Part shown: one piece after another, positions 1 to 13,467 of the stretch
How the letters are laid out: each line of letters begins with the position of its first letter
How positions within the stretch are numbered: the first letter of the stretch is position 1
Source: Octopus bimaculoides
Lineage: Eukaryota
Reading direction: 5' to 3'
DNA: 33,379 nt
NCBI RefSeq assembly: GCF_001194135.2
Contig: NC_068982.1
Coordinates: 158,309,297 to 158,342,675, forward strand
Made by a program: the position numbers and the translations under genes
Notes under the pieces: generated by a model
The model's input: the letters and a program-made list of their open reading frames with translations, nothing else
What the model was told of the DNA's origin: nothing
Database searches by the model: none

Positions 1-28
1 TATATATATATATATATATATAAATATA

Positions 29-68
<40 letters not shown>

Positions 69-150
69 TATATATACTTATATATATATATGTATATGTA
101 TATATATGTATGTATATATATATATATATGTATATATATATACATATATA
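1..150. repeat. (TA)n/(TG)n compound microsatellite
   Basis: Directly visible. Confidence 0.95.
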
Positions 151-332
151 TCAGTTATCGTAATTTAAATGCAGCAAATATCCAGAATGGTTGCTCACAA
201 CAACCAGTGTGATATAAATACTTCTCAATATCTACGTTTAGCAGTTGCTACTGGATACAAAAATATAATTTCTGCATTCCAATATCAACGAAAATAATTT
301 CGATTTCGTCATGTTGTCATCTCGTACACTTG

Positions 333-333
333 G

Positions 334-400
<67 letters not shown>

Positions 401-445
401 TGTGTATGCATGTATTTATACACATATATATGTATATATATACAG
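333..445. repeat. (TA)n microsatellite
   Basis: Directly visible. Confidence 0.95.
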
Positions 446-1488
446 GTTTTCGTGTATATGTGTCCCTATATATCTGTGTTTTTACGTTTGCATTTTAAAT
501 ATTGCTTTGCTAGTAATGCATCTTTTCATATAGTTGATGCATGTAAATCGAAATTTCTTTCTGTAATATTTTCACAAACATTTATATATTTGCATGGAGT
601 ACTAACTGCTACACCAACAGAATATATATATAATAGGGAAAAAGATGAAAGCACATCCAGTTCTTTTTAGTTGTTCATCGTGACAAGTGATAATTTACAA
701 TTATTTTCGAGATCATGACTTTTGCAGGCAATATCATCAAAGAATCTCCTTCAAATGTATACAATTGTTATGAAATACGAAAGAAAATTTGAAATGCGAC
801 ACATCTTTATTTCAAAAATTCAGCGATAATTTATTTAATTTCTTTTACGTATACAAAATGTGAACCTCGGCAAGTTAGCAAATAAATTGAAACAATAAAT
901 GGACGAATAAGAAAAATAGAGAACGTTATTGAATGATCTAATATATTCCTTACAAAGAGTGAAAGAAACGGTACTTGAGTTTCGTTTAGAAACTGTATAT
1001 TCTTTGAATATTAAACACAAATATTACTAGTTAATATTTTCTAAGTGTTCCGCTTCTAGTTGAATTTTGATAATTCATCGATTATTCTGCAGAAACCTAC
1101 CAATAAGTAGTGGTGTTTCATCAAAGCAAATGTATCCTTTTAATGTCTGCAAAGTTAACGCGTTTCTGCTGCTATTGGATATTACTTTGCTTGATTTTAA
1201 ATGCGTCCTACAGAATTCAGCTTTCAATAAAAATGGTGAAGTACTGTACAGATGAACAAGTATCTAAACCCAATGAAAGCGCATCTGATTTGTATATATA
1301 CGAAATATTACGGACATTTTATAACACAAATATCACATATGCATTTGTGAAAATTATGCTCTACACTAAAGCTGGTGAGGATGAATGCGTAAATGAATAT
1401 TAATTTCCAATGAAATACATGACGTTACCACAATACCACAAATATTAACTAGACTTGGGTAAAAGCGATTAATTTTACTCTAGTATAT

Positions 1489-1565
1489 GGTATTTATGTT
1501 ATAAATAACCTGAGATGAAAGGCAAATTTGACGCTGGTTTTATTTGAAAACAGAAAGATCAGTGA
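1489..1565 (-). mobile_element. Degenerate SINE fragment (octopus-type)
   Basis: ggtatttatgttataaataacctgagatgaaaggcaaatttgacgctggttttatttgaaaacagaa resembles the recalled octopus SINE segment ggtacttattttatcgaccccgaaaggatgaaaggcaaagtcgacctcggcggaatttgaactcagaa. Comparison from memory. Confidence 0.5.
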
Positions 1566-4215
1566 CAAATCTTAAGACATTTAAAAGGGATAACAATAAA
1601 ATTCTTTAGTCATGAAATTTAGTGTTTCTGCTATGCCGAAGATAAACAAATCACAACCGTGCATAAGTTGATAATACCATCGACAGTTATTCATGCATAA
1701 CTCTATCGCTTTTCTCTCTTCCTCCCTTCTCTGTCTATCTCTCTATATATGCATATACACACATATATGTGTGTATATGTGTATGAATATATATATATAT
1801 ATATATATANNNNNNNNNNNNNNNNNNNNNNNNNNNNNNNNNNNNNNNNNNNNNNTATATAATAGACAGTTAGGTCGATAGATAGACATTGTAAGAATTA
1901 CATTTATTCAGAAAAATCTCCTGAAAATCTCAGAGGAATTATCCTTCTTCTACTTGATATTTATAAGTGTTTAACTTAGAAATAAAATAAATAAACTAAC
2001 TGATTAAATATCGATAAATCTAAAGGAGATACTGAGCAAGAAAGAATAAAAAAAAAAAAGAAATACAGACAGAGAGAAGGAAAAAATGGTGGAAGTAAAT
2101 TTAAGATGTGAAGCATTTACAAAGGGTTAAAATCTAAATTTGAGTTTCCTTACAAATTATTTTCACTAGGTTGATATATCAATATTTACGTGCCCTCTAG
2201 TGGAGTGTTGAAATTTTGGGCAACAGTGGAAGCCATATTTTATGAAATTGCTTTTCAAGTTATCAATGCTACAATTTCAAAATTTGTAGCTAATATTTAA
2301 TGTCTACCACAATGTGGTATATTAGGATGGGTCTTTTAATATCTTGTACAATGGACATAGTTTTTAATTATTTTGGATAACGCAAATTATCATAGATATG
2401 TATTTAATTTTGTTAAATATTAGATAGTTTTACATTCTCTATTCTAAAAGTAGTACTTGTTTTAATATCCTTCCGTTGTACAATTAGAGTTAATTTAGAC
2501 TTACATCAACATAAAATTGGTTTGGTTTCAATTTTGCAAGCCATGAATATGAGTGAAAATGATCAAGCAGATGAAAATTTTGGAAGCCATACATTAAACA
2601 TTGTCTGTAGGCAACATAGTACACTACCAACAAACTAACGAGTCTGGAAAATTTTCCTGTATCTAAACCCACACACATGATTTATTCAAAATTGTCACTT
2701 ACATTACACTTAATGTTGCGTCTCTCAAAATAAATGCATTCAATGTCTAGTCGTTTAGTTCTTGGTATTATGTCAAAATAAGTAAATATATTTCGAGGAC
2801 TATATGTCTGCCGAAATAGACGTGGCCAGATGAAAATTGCTTTTAGAGGTCTGAATTACTTGTCTTTCTGGGTACTGCTTGAGTATTTCTATGGAAGGAT
2901 AAGCTATTATTATTTCCTCAGTTTTATATAACTGCAGCTATCTCTTGTTGGAATGCATAGATAACGTTGGTTTTCGTGAGATCTCATCGCTTAAGAGTCA
3001 TTTGGCACAGACGGTGTACGTGGTTGCTGGTGTATCTTTATGTGCATCTGACAATACTCTGAAGTAAAACAGTGCAGTGAGCGGTAACTTTTGATACTCT
3101 ACATTCAAAAAAAATCACACACACACACACACACACATACATGTATGTATATTGACTATCCTTAATGGAATAAAAATTTAGGTGGGGATAAAAAGACGAA
3201 ATAAATATTAAAAAGTAAATATCAAATATTGGAATATTACACATGGGTCGTAGTGAAGAGACAGATAGAGATCGCTCAATACTCCCATAATACAATACAT
3301 TCTCTCAAGTCTGCGATACCCGGCTCTCTTCCCGAATTTTATAAAAATCATCTGTTTTGGTATGTCAACCATTCCGATCCCGATTTGAAATAGTCATAGA
3401 AGCTAACAGTGGATTCATCGACTGAATGTTATTAAAGTTTATTTGTAGCAATTTGTATCCAAATACCTCTTTTATTAGATGAGCTGTGTGTCTTTCTTGA
3501 AATTCATGCAAATGAAAAGACAGAAATAAAGCAATTAAAATGATTTTAAACACTCTGCAAATCTTTTCTTTGCAAACCCTGCAATTTCACAATCTCGACA
3601 AACTTTTGTATTCCCATTACTCTTTTCACATCTACCAGATCTACACTGTGGATAACATGGAATTATGACACAGAAAACATGGAAACATGACATAGAAAAC
3701 GATTTTAATTTTGCTATGCTACCTGTATCTTTCGTCCAGTGTCCAGAAATCAGCTTTCTACGATTGGATTATTTAGTTGTTTATCTAGGTTCTATACATT
3801 GTCTATATTTTTTCATATACTGATGAATTTTCATTCCAGAACGAGGTTCTTAGCGAGTAACCCTCTGTAAATCAACAATTTATGTTCATTTTTGTGTCCT
3901 TTGTTTTGCATTTTGATTTTGCCGTTGTTCGTTCACGCACCCACAGTTTGTGAAAAACACAAATATTCTTCTTCGCATACATCAAAACTAATTAATGTAG
4001 TCTTCGGAGTTTGAAATTTGCTACCTCAAATTTTACAAATTGATTATGTAATAATTCTTCATAATATATTAATTACACATCAAAGGATATTCATAGGACG
4101 ACAATTGAATGTTTCCCCTCTATGTTCAACAAAGAATACAGGAGTGTAACAATTTCAGCGCTCGAGTGTATATTAAAACATTAAGAATTGATACTTCATG
4201 AACAATGTTTGTGTC

Positions 4216-4306
4216 TATGTATGTATGTATGTATGTATGTATGTATCTATCTATCTATATATCTATCTATCTATCTATCTGTCTATCTATCTATCTATCT
4301 ATCTAT
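4216..4306. repeat. Compound (TATG)n-(TCTA)n microsatellite at the 3' end of the R4/Dong element
   Basis: Directly visible tetranucleotide arrays. Confidence 0.95.
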
Positions 4307-5779
4307 GTCATTGTTTAGTTTTATTTCAAGATTTCTTGCCAATATAGAAAGAACCAATTTCTAACGTAGATCCAAGGCTCCTTCATTAGAATTTCAACAA
4401 CAGGGTATTTTTGCTTGTATGTTTATGTGCAGATTTGTATGCTTTCTTTTATGTATGTATTCTCATAGATATTGTTGCCTATCTAGATATGCTCATATAT
4501 ATTTCAATGATAAACTTCTGGAAAGTTTTACACATTTTTACAGTTCCAATGATGGATTGGAAAAGCAGTCTTCCAATTAGCTTTCCCCTTTCTGGTTTTG
4601 AGAAGCCTGATTTCTCAAGATTGGTATTTAGACAATGTGTTACATATCCTAGGGCCCCAATAATTACAGGTGTAAACCAGAACTTGTAATCTAGATAGAG
4701 TAACTTCAGATATTTCAATAGTTCAGGGGAGGTATCCTCTTTTTCACTGATCTTCAGCTTTATGTTAACATCCGTTGGGCAGCTAATTTCCAAAACTGCA
4801 CAGTTTCTCTTCTCTATCTCAAATCATGAAATCAAGTCTGTTGTGCTTACATTTTATTGCGGTCTTCGCTGGTACATTACACCAGTATTCCTTTTCATTG
4901 CGTGTGGCTGTGGCGTCTACTACATTATGGGTTTTTATTTCTTTGTCCTCGGCATGATCCTTCCGACGGATCTCATTATAGAGTGTCCTAACTACAACGT
5001 CATATCTTATCGGTAGATAATACCGTGATGACATTTTCGGACAACTGCTTATGATGTGTGAACTCCACAAAGTCTGATCGTTTGTCACATTTTACTGCTT
5101 TTCCCGCATCTCTATCCCTTTTGTGAATCAGGTACTGGTTGATATTTCCTGGTCTTGGATTGCAAACACATATCCTTCCAAGTGGGAGGTAGTTATCCGG
5201 CTATTCAGCCATGATAAACTGCTATCCATGCATAGTCTTCTGTTCATATAGGCTCGTCCTTTCATCTGATGATACGTTGCGGTAGAGTCGAGAAACTTCT
5301 ATGGGCATGTATTCTAGCTTATCAGACAAAGAGTGTTACTCAAGGAGCTGCCTTCGAAGTCTTATGATGTTATCTGCCACGTGTTTTCAAACGTGTCCAA
5401 GAGATGCACCTCGACGCTTGGTGGTTAACAGATGTTGCTGAAGGGATATGATGTGACATTAAAGGCATTTTAGATCGATGTTAAGCCTCTGTCGCTTTGT
5501 ATACGTTTTAGGTAGAGGCGGTCTACGTCACTGTTTATGTGGAAATTATTTGTGCTTGTTAGTATTTTTCGGTATTTCACATCAATGGCTCGGATCTCAT
5601 CAAGCGTCCAATCAAGCAGCCTAAATGTTGGTATGAGTACTGGCACTGCAATCACGTTGTGGGCCACTGTTTTATTGAATGTAGAGAGGTCTGAGGTCCA
5701 AATTTTCTTTAATCATCTGTAATAGTCTTTAGTGATACGTGGTTTTGGTAAAGGTGCCATTGTAAGTTATATTTTCATG
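4307..5779 (-). mobile_element. 5'-truncated, degenerate R4/Dong-clade non-LTR retrotransposon (RT C-terminus, zinc-knuckle remnant, restriction-like endonuclease, 3'UTR)
   Basis: Minus-strand translation across frameshifts: ENITYNG..RITKDYYR*LKKIWTSDLSTFNKTVAHNVIAVPVLIPTFRLLDWTLDEIRAIDVKYRKILT...SDVDRLYLKR..RGL (5779-5470); SLSWLNSRITTSHLEGYVFAIQDQEIST (about 5220-5140); HIISSCPKMSSRYYLPIRYD...KCKHNRLDFMI (5060-4819); EISCPTDVNI...FTPVIIGALGYV...QSIIGTVKMCKTF (4793-4500). Motifs and their order are those of R4-clade RLE LINEs. Confidence 0.9.
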
Positions 5780-5870
5780 TATGTATGTATGTATGTATGT
5801 ATGTATGTGCGTATGTATGTATGTGCGTATGTGTGTGCCTATGTAGGTATGTATGTGCGTATGTATGTAA
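5777..5870. repeat. (TATG)n microsatellite, partly degenerate, at the 5' truncation point of the R4/Dong element
   Basis: Directly visible; coding homology stops at the start of the array. Confidence 0.95.
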
Positions 5871-6872
5871 TTATATATAATGTGTTTGTCAGGAAGCATT
5901 TTCAATAAGTGATATCGCATTTTGAAAAGAAAATTTAGAATCATTCGGTAATTGCACAATAATTTCAGCTCTGCAAGGTTTGATATTCATTCCTCCGTGT
6001 CTCTATTAATAGTGTTTCCATAGAACGAACCCCGCACTAATTACTTCATAATCACTGTTTAATCACCAATCTTTGATTAATCAGTTTATCATTTTCATAA
6101 TCATGTAATGTCTTTCATAATCATGTAATGTCTTTATATAAGTTACACATCAAAAGAGAGAATTGTATGATTGTTTTTTTTTTTATTATTAATTTAGTAC
6201 TGATATTAACTGAAGCCTTTTGAAACATTTCTGATGTCCACTAGCCCGAAATCTATAGATTCTTATTGTAATTCTGTATGAATAAGGCATCACCTCTTTT
6301 CTCGCTGATCTCCATACCCTAGGTGCAATATTTCTGATGTATTGATTTACTTTCTAAATACGAATAACTTTCTGTATATTCCTTTTGATCTTCTATTTCT
6401 TCTAAATGTGTGTTAAATGAGCCAACGATGAAATTTCTTGGCTAGAAATCGCTCGACAGGCTAGAAATAGCTAACAATTTTAACGAAAATTACATAGTAC
6501 TACTTCAAAAGGTGAGGGACGCATTGGGTAATGTGCTCCTGGATACTCTAAACCTGACAAGAACTCATGGTCAAAGACAAAATCAATATATTCATAGGTT
6601 TAGTTTGTCAAGTTTGAGCTGGTTTTAAACAAAAATAACATCAGATTGAGCAACGTGGTGGTATGATTATACATTTCGATAACATAAACATAACTTCCGT
6701 GATGTCCATAGGAGTTAACTATGGTCTCGGTCACTCAGCTGAAGTTTGTGTATACATTTTAAGTACAACTATTATAGTTTATGTTAAATTTTGTAAAAAG
6801 AAAAAAAAGTTATACATGTTGATAAACAAATGAGTAGATGGCAAAATTGGTATTGCTAAAAGCCACACACAC

Positions 6873-6876
<4 letters not shown>

Positions 6877-6962
<86 letters not shown>
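6877..6962. repeat. (CA)n microsatellite
   Basis: Directly visible. Confidence 0.95.
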
Positions 6963-6964
<2 letters not shown>

Positions 6965-8784
6965 CATACATACATGTGTGGGGGCGTGGGGGCGTGTCTA
7001 TATAAGATTATATATAAGGATATGGGGAAGAGAGACTGGTTACAGCTAGTTAGATTGAATGTCATTCAAAATTATTCCATACGAATGTTCGAGGGTTTCC
7101 CTTACAGAGTTCGTCAAATGCCAGAAAGAAACTGCTGCTAAATCTGGAACGTACGTCGAACTAACTTAAGCGAAGAGATTTATTATGAGTATCTAGATAT
7201 ATTTTGTATGAAAGAAATCAGAGAAAAGTGTGCAATAGTTATTGCCATTACTCTCTTTATTACAAATCTCACTACTAAGAGACTTGGGTAGAAATAGACA
7301 TGACTAACCACAAAAGGACTCTCGGGTAAATTAGACCTAGATATAGATATAGGTACGATACACATACATATATATATTATAATATCAATATATGTCTAAT
7401 ATATTTACAACGAATTGAATAGAAAATTTAATCCATTGTCTTTATTAACATTTCTAATTACCCCATGGAACGAAATTACATTTTTGCAAACATTTGAAAC
7501 AGTTCCCCAGTCTGAAAATAACTATATCCTTTGTCATTTGTCCTTCCAGTAGGTGATAATAAAAACAAAATATATATGAATATATAGTGCTTACCAAAAG
7601 TGTTACCACTGTGAGGGTATGATTTGCAAGAGACTCTGCAATTTTCCTCTGGCTCAAAACGTAATTTTTGGTTATATTAATGCCAGAAAGAGAATTCCAT
7701 ATGCCTATCTGAAATGATAGAGAAAACAAATACAAAATATAAAATACAATAAGACAAAAGCCATATGCAGTTACATTATTACTTTTCAAGTAATATATTA
7801 GTCGCTAAATAGAGTTTTTGTTTAATGGGTCAGCAATTAGAGAAGTCTATGATACAACCATGTTTTCTTATCTCTGACTTGATTGTCAAATTTTCATCCA
7901 AGCTTATTCTCTGCTATCGATTCATTTGAATGATATGAAATCACTTGGAGACGACAAGAAACAATTGGTTGGTATCTTGTGGAAAAGTTTCAGGCACAAA
8001 GAATATGAATAAGGTTTGGAAATCCCTGATACGGTAGTGTTATCGTGTAAAATTGAGGTCTCAAAATACACTCTACATAATATAAACAGCTGGGCCAGTC
8101 GAAGGTAAACGATGAGTGAAGAAACTGTTCTGTACGTACTCCTCCATTGGTTCAGCATTGCTACCTCGTGAAGAATTTTGAGGGAGTCAATCCTTTACAA
8201 GGTATGTGCTTCGTCAACTGAAACAGTATATGGTGTATCAAGTGTTTAAGAAAAAGCAAAGAACTGTCCTGACATTCTCCGTAGCTATTACCTGCATCAG
8301 TCTAGATAATTAGAAAATCCGTGAAAATCAAAATAAATGTATAAAAAGACGGAATCCCACATGAAGTAGCGCCCACTCTCTTGGATTACTTGAATCATAT
8401 GGTAATAGGGAACAACCGTGGTATACAGTAAATAATGATAACCTAGAGGAGAACAAAATGAACACTGCACAAATAGAAGAAAGGAGATTAGGCTATCAGG
8501 ACTGCCAGAAGGCTCCATAGTTGTTGAAAACCATACCAACAGATAAGCAACGAAAAATAGATGCACTATTAAGAGGCTAGTAGTCGAATTTACGCTTCGA
8601 AGTCTCCCCAAAATGCTTATGTCAAGCGGTAGAATCATATCTGGCGAGGTAATGAAAGCGAGGTAATGAAATCTGTGGTATTGAGCTGAATCTTTGCTAT
8701 AGTACATCTTTTATACCAAGACAAACATGTACATAACACTTCGGACGGCATGTGAACTACTGCCTGTTACTGCATCAGCTCATA

Positions 8785-8786
<2 letters not shown>

Positions 8787-8874
<88 letters not shown>

Positions 8875-8923
8875 GTAGTAGTAGTAGTATTAGTAGTAGT
8901 ATTAGTAGTAGTAGTAGTAGTAG
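8787..8923. repeat. (ATT)n-(AGT)n compound microsatellite
   Basis: Directly visible. Confidence 0.95.
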
Positions 8924-9721
8924 TTACGGAAACTAACAACCGTTAGAGTGTCGGAAAAACGCCTTGTGTTAATTGTTCCACCTCGTAGCATCCCCTTGAT
9001 GTTCACTTTCACTTACATCTTCTGGGGGTATATAATATAAAATATAGGGTTTGAGATCATCGACCACTTCCTCACCTGAAAATCTGCTGGCATGGTGTCT
9101 AAATCATTATCATGTTTTATATCATCAAGCATTATCAACCTTTACTTCACCTGTTTTCAGTAATGAACATCATCACGATCTAGAATTTAGCAATCGTTGA
9201 ATTTAAATTTTACAATTTGTGAGCGCACCTGCTATTTGTCATTCGTTAATTACGGTTATTGGTGAATCTTCCACAGCACATCAATAACGTAAACAAAGGT
9301 GTGTTGTGCGTACTTGTGATATATGAACAAATACAGGTATGTGGGTATGAATGCGTGCGCATGAAAATTTTTAAAGGCAATAAATCTCCGTCTACATTCC
9401 TGTTTAGAGAAAAAAATATATTAAGAGTAATGAGACTTTAGTTGGCGTATATCGAGGTAGAGTTCAACGTAAACGAACGTATGAACTCGTGCTTACATTA
9501 ACGGGATTAACTATTTATTTAGAGATTACGTGCGAAGCTGTGTATCTACATGATAATTCACATCAGCATAATACAAAACATGTTCATCATGTGATAATCT
9601 TATAATTTAAATTTTATCTTTCATATGTTTCACTCATTGGTCTGCACCAATACTGGGGCACCAACTTGCAAGTTTCAATGGAGTGCACACCGAACCCGTT
9701 TCTTATTTTTTAGCTTCTTAA

Positions 9722-10001
<280 letters not shown>

Positions 10002-10645
10002 GCTTCTGCATTTGTCTAACATTGGAAAGATACTGGTGAAGGAGGAAATAATTGGGTGGGGAGATAACTGCAACACTGTAGATTTTCGAAAAAAATATCC
10101 CCTGGTTTCGAACATTTTGCACTGAGTCACAAGCATTTTCTCGTTACTAGTACTAATCACATTTATTCCCCGATTAGCATATAGATTAAAAGCTATATAA
10201 AATTTATGATTTACACTTCCAGGTTCTATAGTAAAGATTATTTAGTTTCTAACAACTATCAATATCATGCATATGATATAGCAAGTTGAGTCGATTAATC
10301 AAAAGGCGATGCAATATTAATAAATGCTAATATATTTCAGGTTAGTGGGTGGAAACTGAAAATATGACACAATTACTTGTAGGTGTATTAGGCTAGCACC
10401 TAAGAATGATAGCTGTTTCCACACCACACCGCATCACACCACCCCGCACACACTAGCACTGACCACTTTCCAGCACCCACACCATCATCCACACGCCCAC
10501 ACATGCACATATGCACACGTCACGGTCACCACCCCCCATCCACACGCTCATACACGCTCTCACAAACACATGCGCACATTTGTTTGGGGATTGTCACTAC
10601 GTTATTGACTCCTCTTCTTACTAGCTCACTTGTCTGACCCTTCTG

Positions 10646-11156
10646 NNNNNNNNNNNNNNNNNNNNNNNNNNNNNNNNNNNNNNNNNNNNNNNNNNNNNNN
10701 NNNNNNNNNNNNNNNNNNNNNNNNNNNNNNNNNNNNNNNNNNNNNNNNNNNNNNNNNNNNNNNNNNNNNNNNNNNNNNNNNNNNNNNNNNNNNNNNNNNN
10801 NNNNNNNNNNNNNNNNNNNNNNNNNNNNNNNNNNNNNNNNNNNNNNNNNNNNNNNNNNNNNNNNNNNNNNNNNNNNNNNNNNNNNNNNNNNNNNNNNNNN
10901 NNNNNNNNNNNNNNNNNNNNNNNNNNNNNNNNNNNNNNNNNNNNNNNNNNNNNNNNNNNNNNNNNNNNNNNNNNNNNNNNNNNNNNNNNNNNNNNNNNNN
11001 NNNNNNNNNNNNNNNNNNNNNNNNNNNNNNNNNNNNNNNNNNNNNNNNNNNNNNNNNNNNNNNNNNNNNNNNNNNNNNNNNNNNNNNNNNNNNNNNNNNN
11101 NNNNNNNNNNNNNNNNNNNNNNNNNNNNNNNNNNNNNNNNNNNNNNNNNNNNNNNN
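10646..11156. other. Assembly gap (others at 1810-1855, 14911-15774, 16538-17323, 22367-22496, 23972-24343, 27748-27764)
   Basis: N runs, mostly bordered by (TA)n or (CA)n, typical of a short-read assembly. Confidence 1.
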
Positions 11157-11193
<37 letters not shown>

Positions 11194-13060
11194 CACACAC
11201 AAACACACACATGCATATGCATAAACAGAAGGATGAAATAAATATTGCCACCCACCTACAAATAATTTTCCCGTGTATTTGCTTTCCATACAAATTTACA
11301 CTGGTATTTTAAAAAATCTAACTGAAATTTTCTTATGCAACATTTCCTAACGGTTTCTAAAATAATAACTACGTCCAAAACCTGCCTCGTATTATTTGCA
11401 GCAACTGCTAATGCGTTAGTAGTTCACTATAAAAATGCTATGTTTTCGAGATTAATTATCAGGAGGAAATGGCATAGTGCTGTCCCTTTGAAATAACTGA
11501 ACGCTTAAGTGGTATGTCAACATACGCTTGAAATATAATACCATTAAGACGGTAAGCACTTTGCACTTTGTAAAATGGTTTATAGCTTATCTCCTTGTCT
11601 GACAATCTGTCTGTTTCATTTCTCTAGCTTTCAATTAAATCTGAATACTAACATATTTTATTTATTGCTACTCCCTTGTTCCGATAATATACGCTTCAAA
11701 TTATTTCCTTTCTTTCTCTCTTTCTTAGTTCCTTTCATCTCTGTCTGTCTGACTGTCTGTCTCTGTCTCATTAATAAAGTTTTCCTCATTGAAACCTTTG
11801 AAACTATTCTTTCATACTCCTTATTTTTTTCATACGCACGCACGCACACACACAAATACATACATATCAAAATATAATATATATATATATAAATATACAC
11901 ATATACATACACACATCGCGCACACATGATTACATAAATAATACATATAATATCGATGTATTGGTTACAGTTCAGCGTTCCATTTCTTGTATTTTATGTT
12001 GTAGGGATATTCATTAGAGGAGAAGCTAGCTGTCAGAACACATGAACTTTTACACTCAAATCTTATTTGGAAATAAAAGTCTGTTTACATTGCGTTCAGG
12101 AAAATGACGTTTCCCGCCTTGTTTAATAGACATACAAACACATATAAACAAACACACACACTCACACTCACTCTACCACACATATAGGCGTGTGATTATA
12201 TGTGTGTGCGGTCTTCTTAGCTGTGTGTTGTTACTGACGATGTTAGTGTCATTGCTCCTGTCAGTCTCATTTTTTTAATATCCTAGCTACGTGTAAGCGC
12301 TAGGCAATGTGGCATTTTGCCCGTTCGTTCATCTTATTGCTAAGATTTCATAATCACTGTATCGCTTAGCTTCCATGTTGTCAGAATTCTTTCTAAAGCA
12401 CGGAATAATAGATTACATTAGAGTATAAGGCTACAGGCATGGCTAAGCTTGCATAACAATCTCTTTAAAACTGGCTTAGAAAGAACGAAAAGGACCACTC
12501 TTAGTCACTTCCCCCAGTTACCTGCTCCTCAGTGTGTAGTACACTTTCTTTAGTAAAATGTATCACATTGAATTTGCATTGCACAGTTATATGCAAGTGA
12601 ATTAGCAAAGTTTCCCTATTGTGAGTTAGTCTTGACTACGACCTCTTAACTATTAAGATCCATTTTGATACAGAATCCTTAATATAGTTCACATCGTACA
12701 ATGTGTTCCCAGTTTATTTGTCCAAAAAGCAATGTTTTACATACGTACTTATAATTTTCAGTCTACGCACTAACACATATACAGACATGCATAAACACGC
12801 ACAGCCATGAGTGTCAAGGAATATACATACAATAATAAATATCTGTATAGAAATATGCATAAATATGTGCTGATATATTGTCAGATATGTTTGTAAGAAT
12901 AATCAGATATATACTTGTACACATATATATAAAACAGTCAGAGAAATATATATCTACATGAATTACCGCACGTTTATACACACAGACACAGATACAGACA
13001 CAGACACATACACACATAGGTGGATGTATATGTCTGCACGGATATATATATATATATATA

Positions 13061-13113
13061 CCATTTTGCTACGTCACATTACAAGTACTTCACCTCAATT
13101 TTGCGTGTGTAAG

Positions 13114-13151
<38 letters not shown>

Positions 13152-13204
13152 CTTACACACGCAAAATTGAGGTGAAGTACTTGTAATGTGACGTAGCAAA
13201 ATGG
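13061..13204. repeat. Perfect 144-bp palindrome: 56-bp arms around a (TA)16 centre
   Basis: 13061-13116 (ccattttgct...gtgtaagtaa) is the exact reverse complement of 13149-13204; the spacer 13117-13148 is itself self-complementary. Confidence 0.95.
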
Positions 13205-13373
13205 TTAATATTTTGTTAATTGTCATTATAGGAACTCTAAACCTACTTCTGGATTTCAAGACATTCATTTGATTGCAGGCTTTGTCCGATAGACAACATC
13301 GATATATTGATGTGTTTGTTGATCTGAGATTTTCTCCATCTTCTGATAGTATAATATATATATGTGTGCGCGC

Positions 13374-13411
<38 letters not shown>

Positions 13412-13467
13412 ATACGTAAATGTCGAACAATAAAAATGGGTGCTCAACATCGCGTTAGTGAATATAG

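Noticed and set aside
3365-3553. 62-aa minus ORF with a signal-peptide-like start after a pyrimidine tract
   Set aside because: The hydrophobic start is simply the polypyrimidine tract translated; there is no good splice donor and no recognisable domain.
6094-6135. 20-bp direct tandem duplication (and a 14-bp one at 8644-8671)
   Set aside because: Ordinary slippage duplications with only two units; not a CRISPR or regulatory array.
7921-8785. Purine-rich stretch with faint LINE-like words (NINSWA, CQKAP, PKM) and a 136-aa minus ORF (8297-8707)
   Set aside because: The motifs are not colinear with any LINE I can reconstruct; a translated repeat search is needed before calling it.
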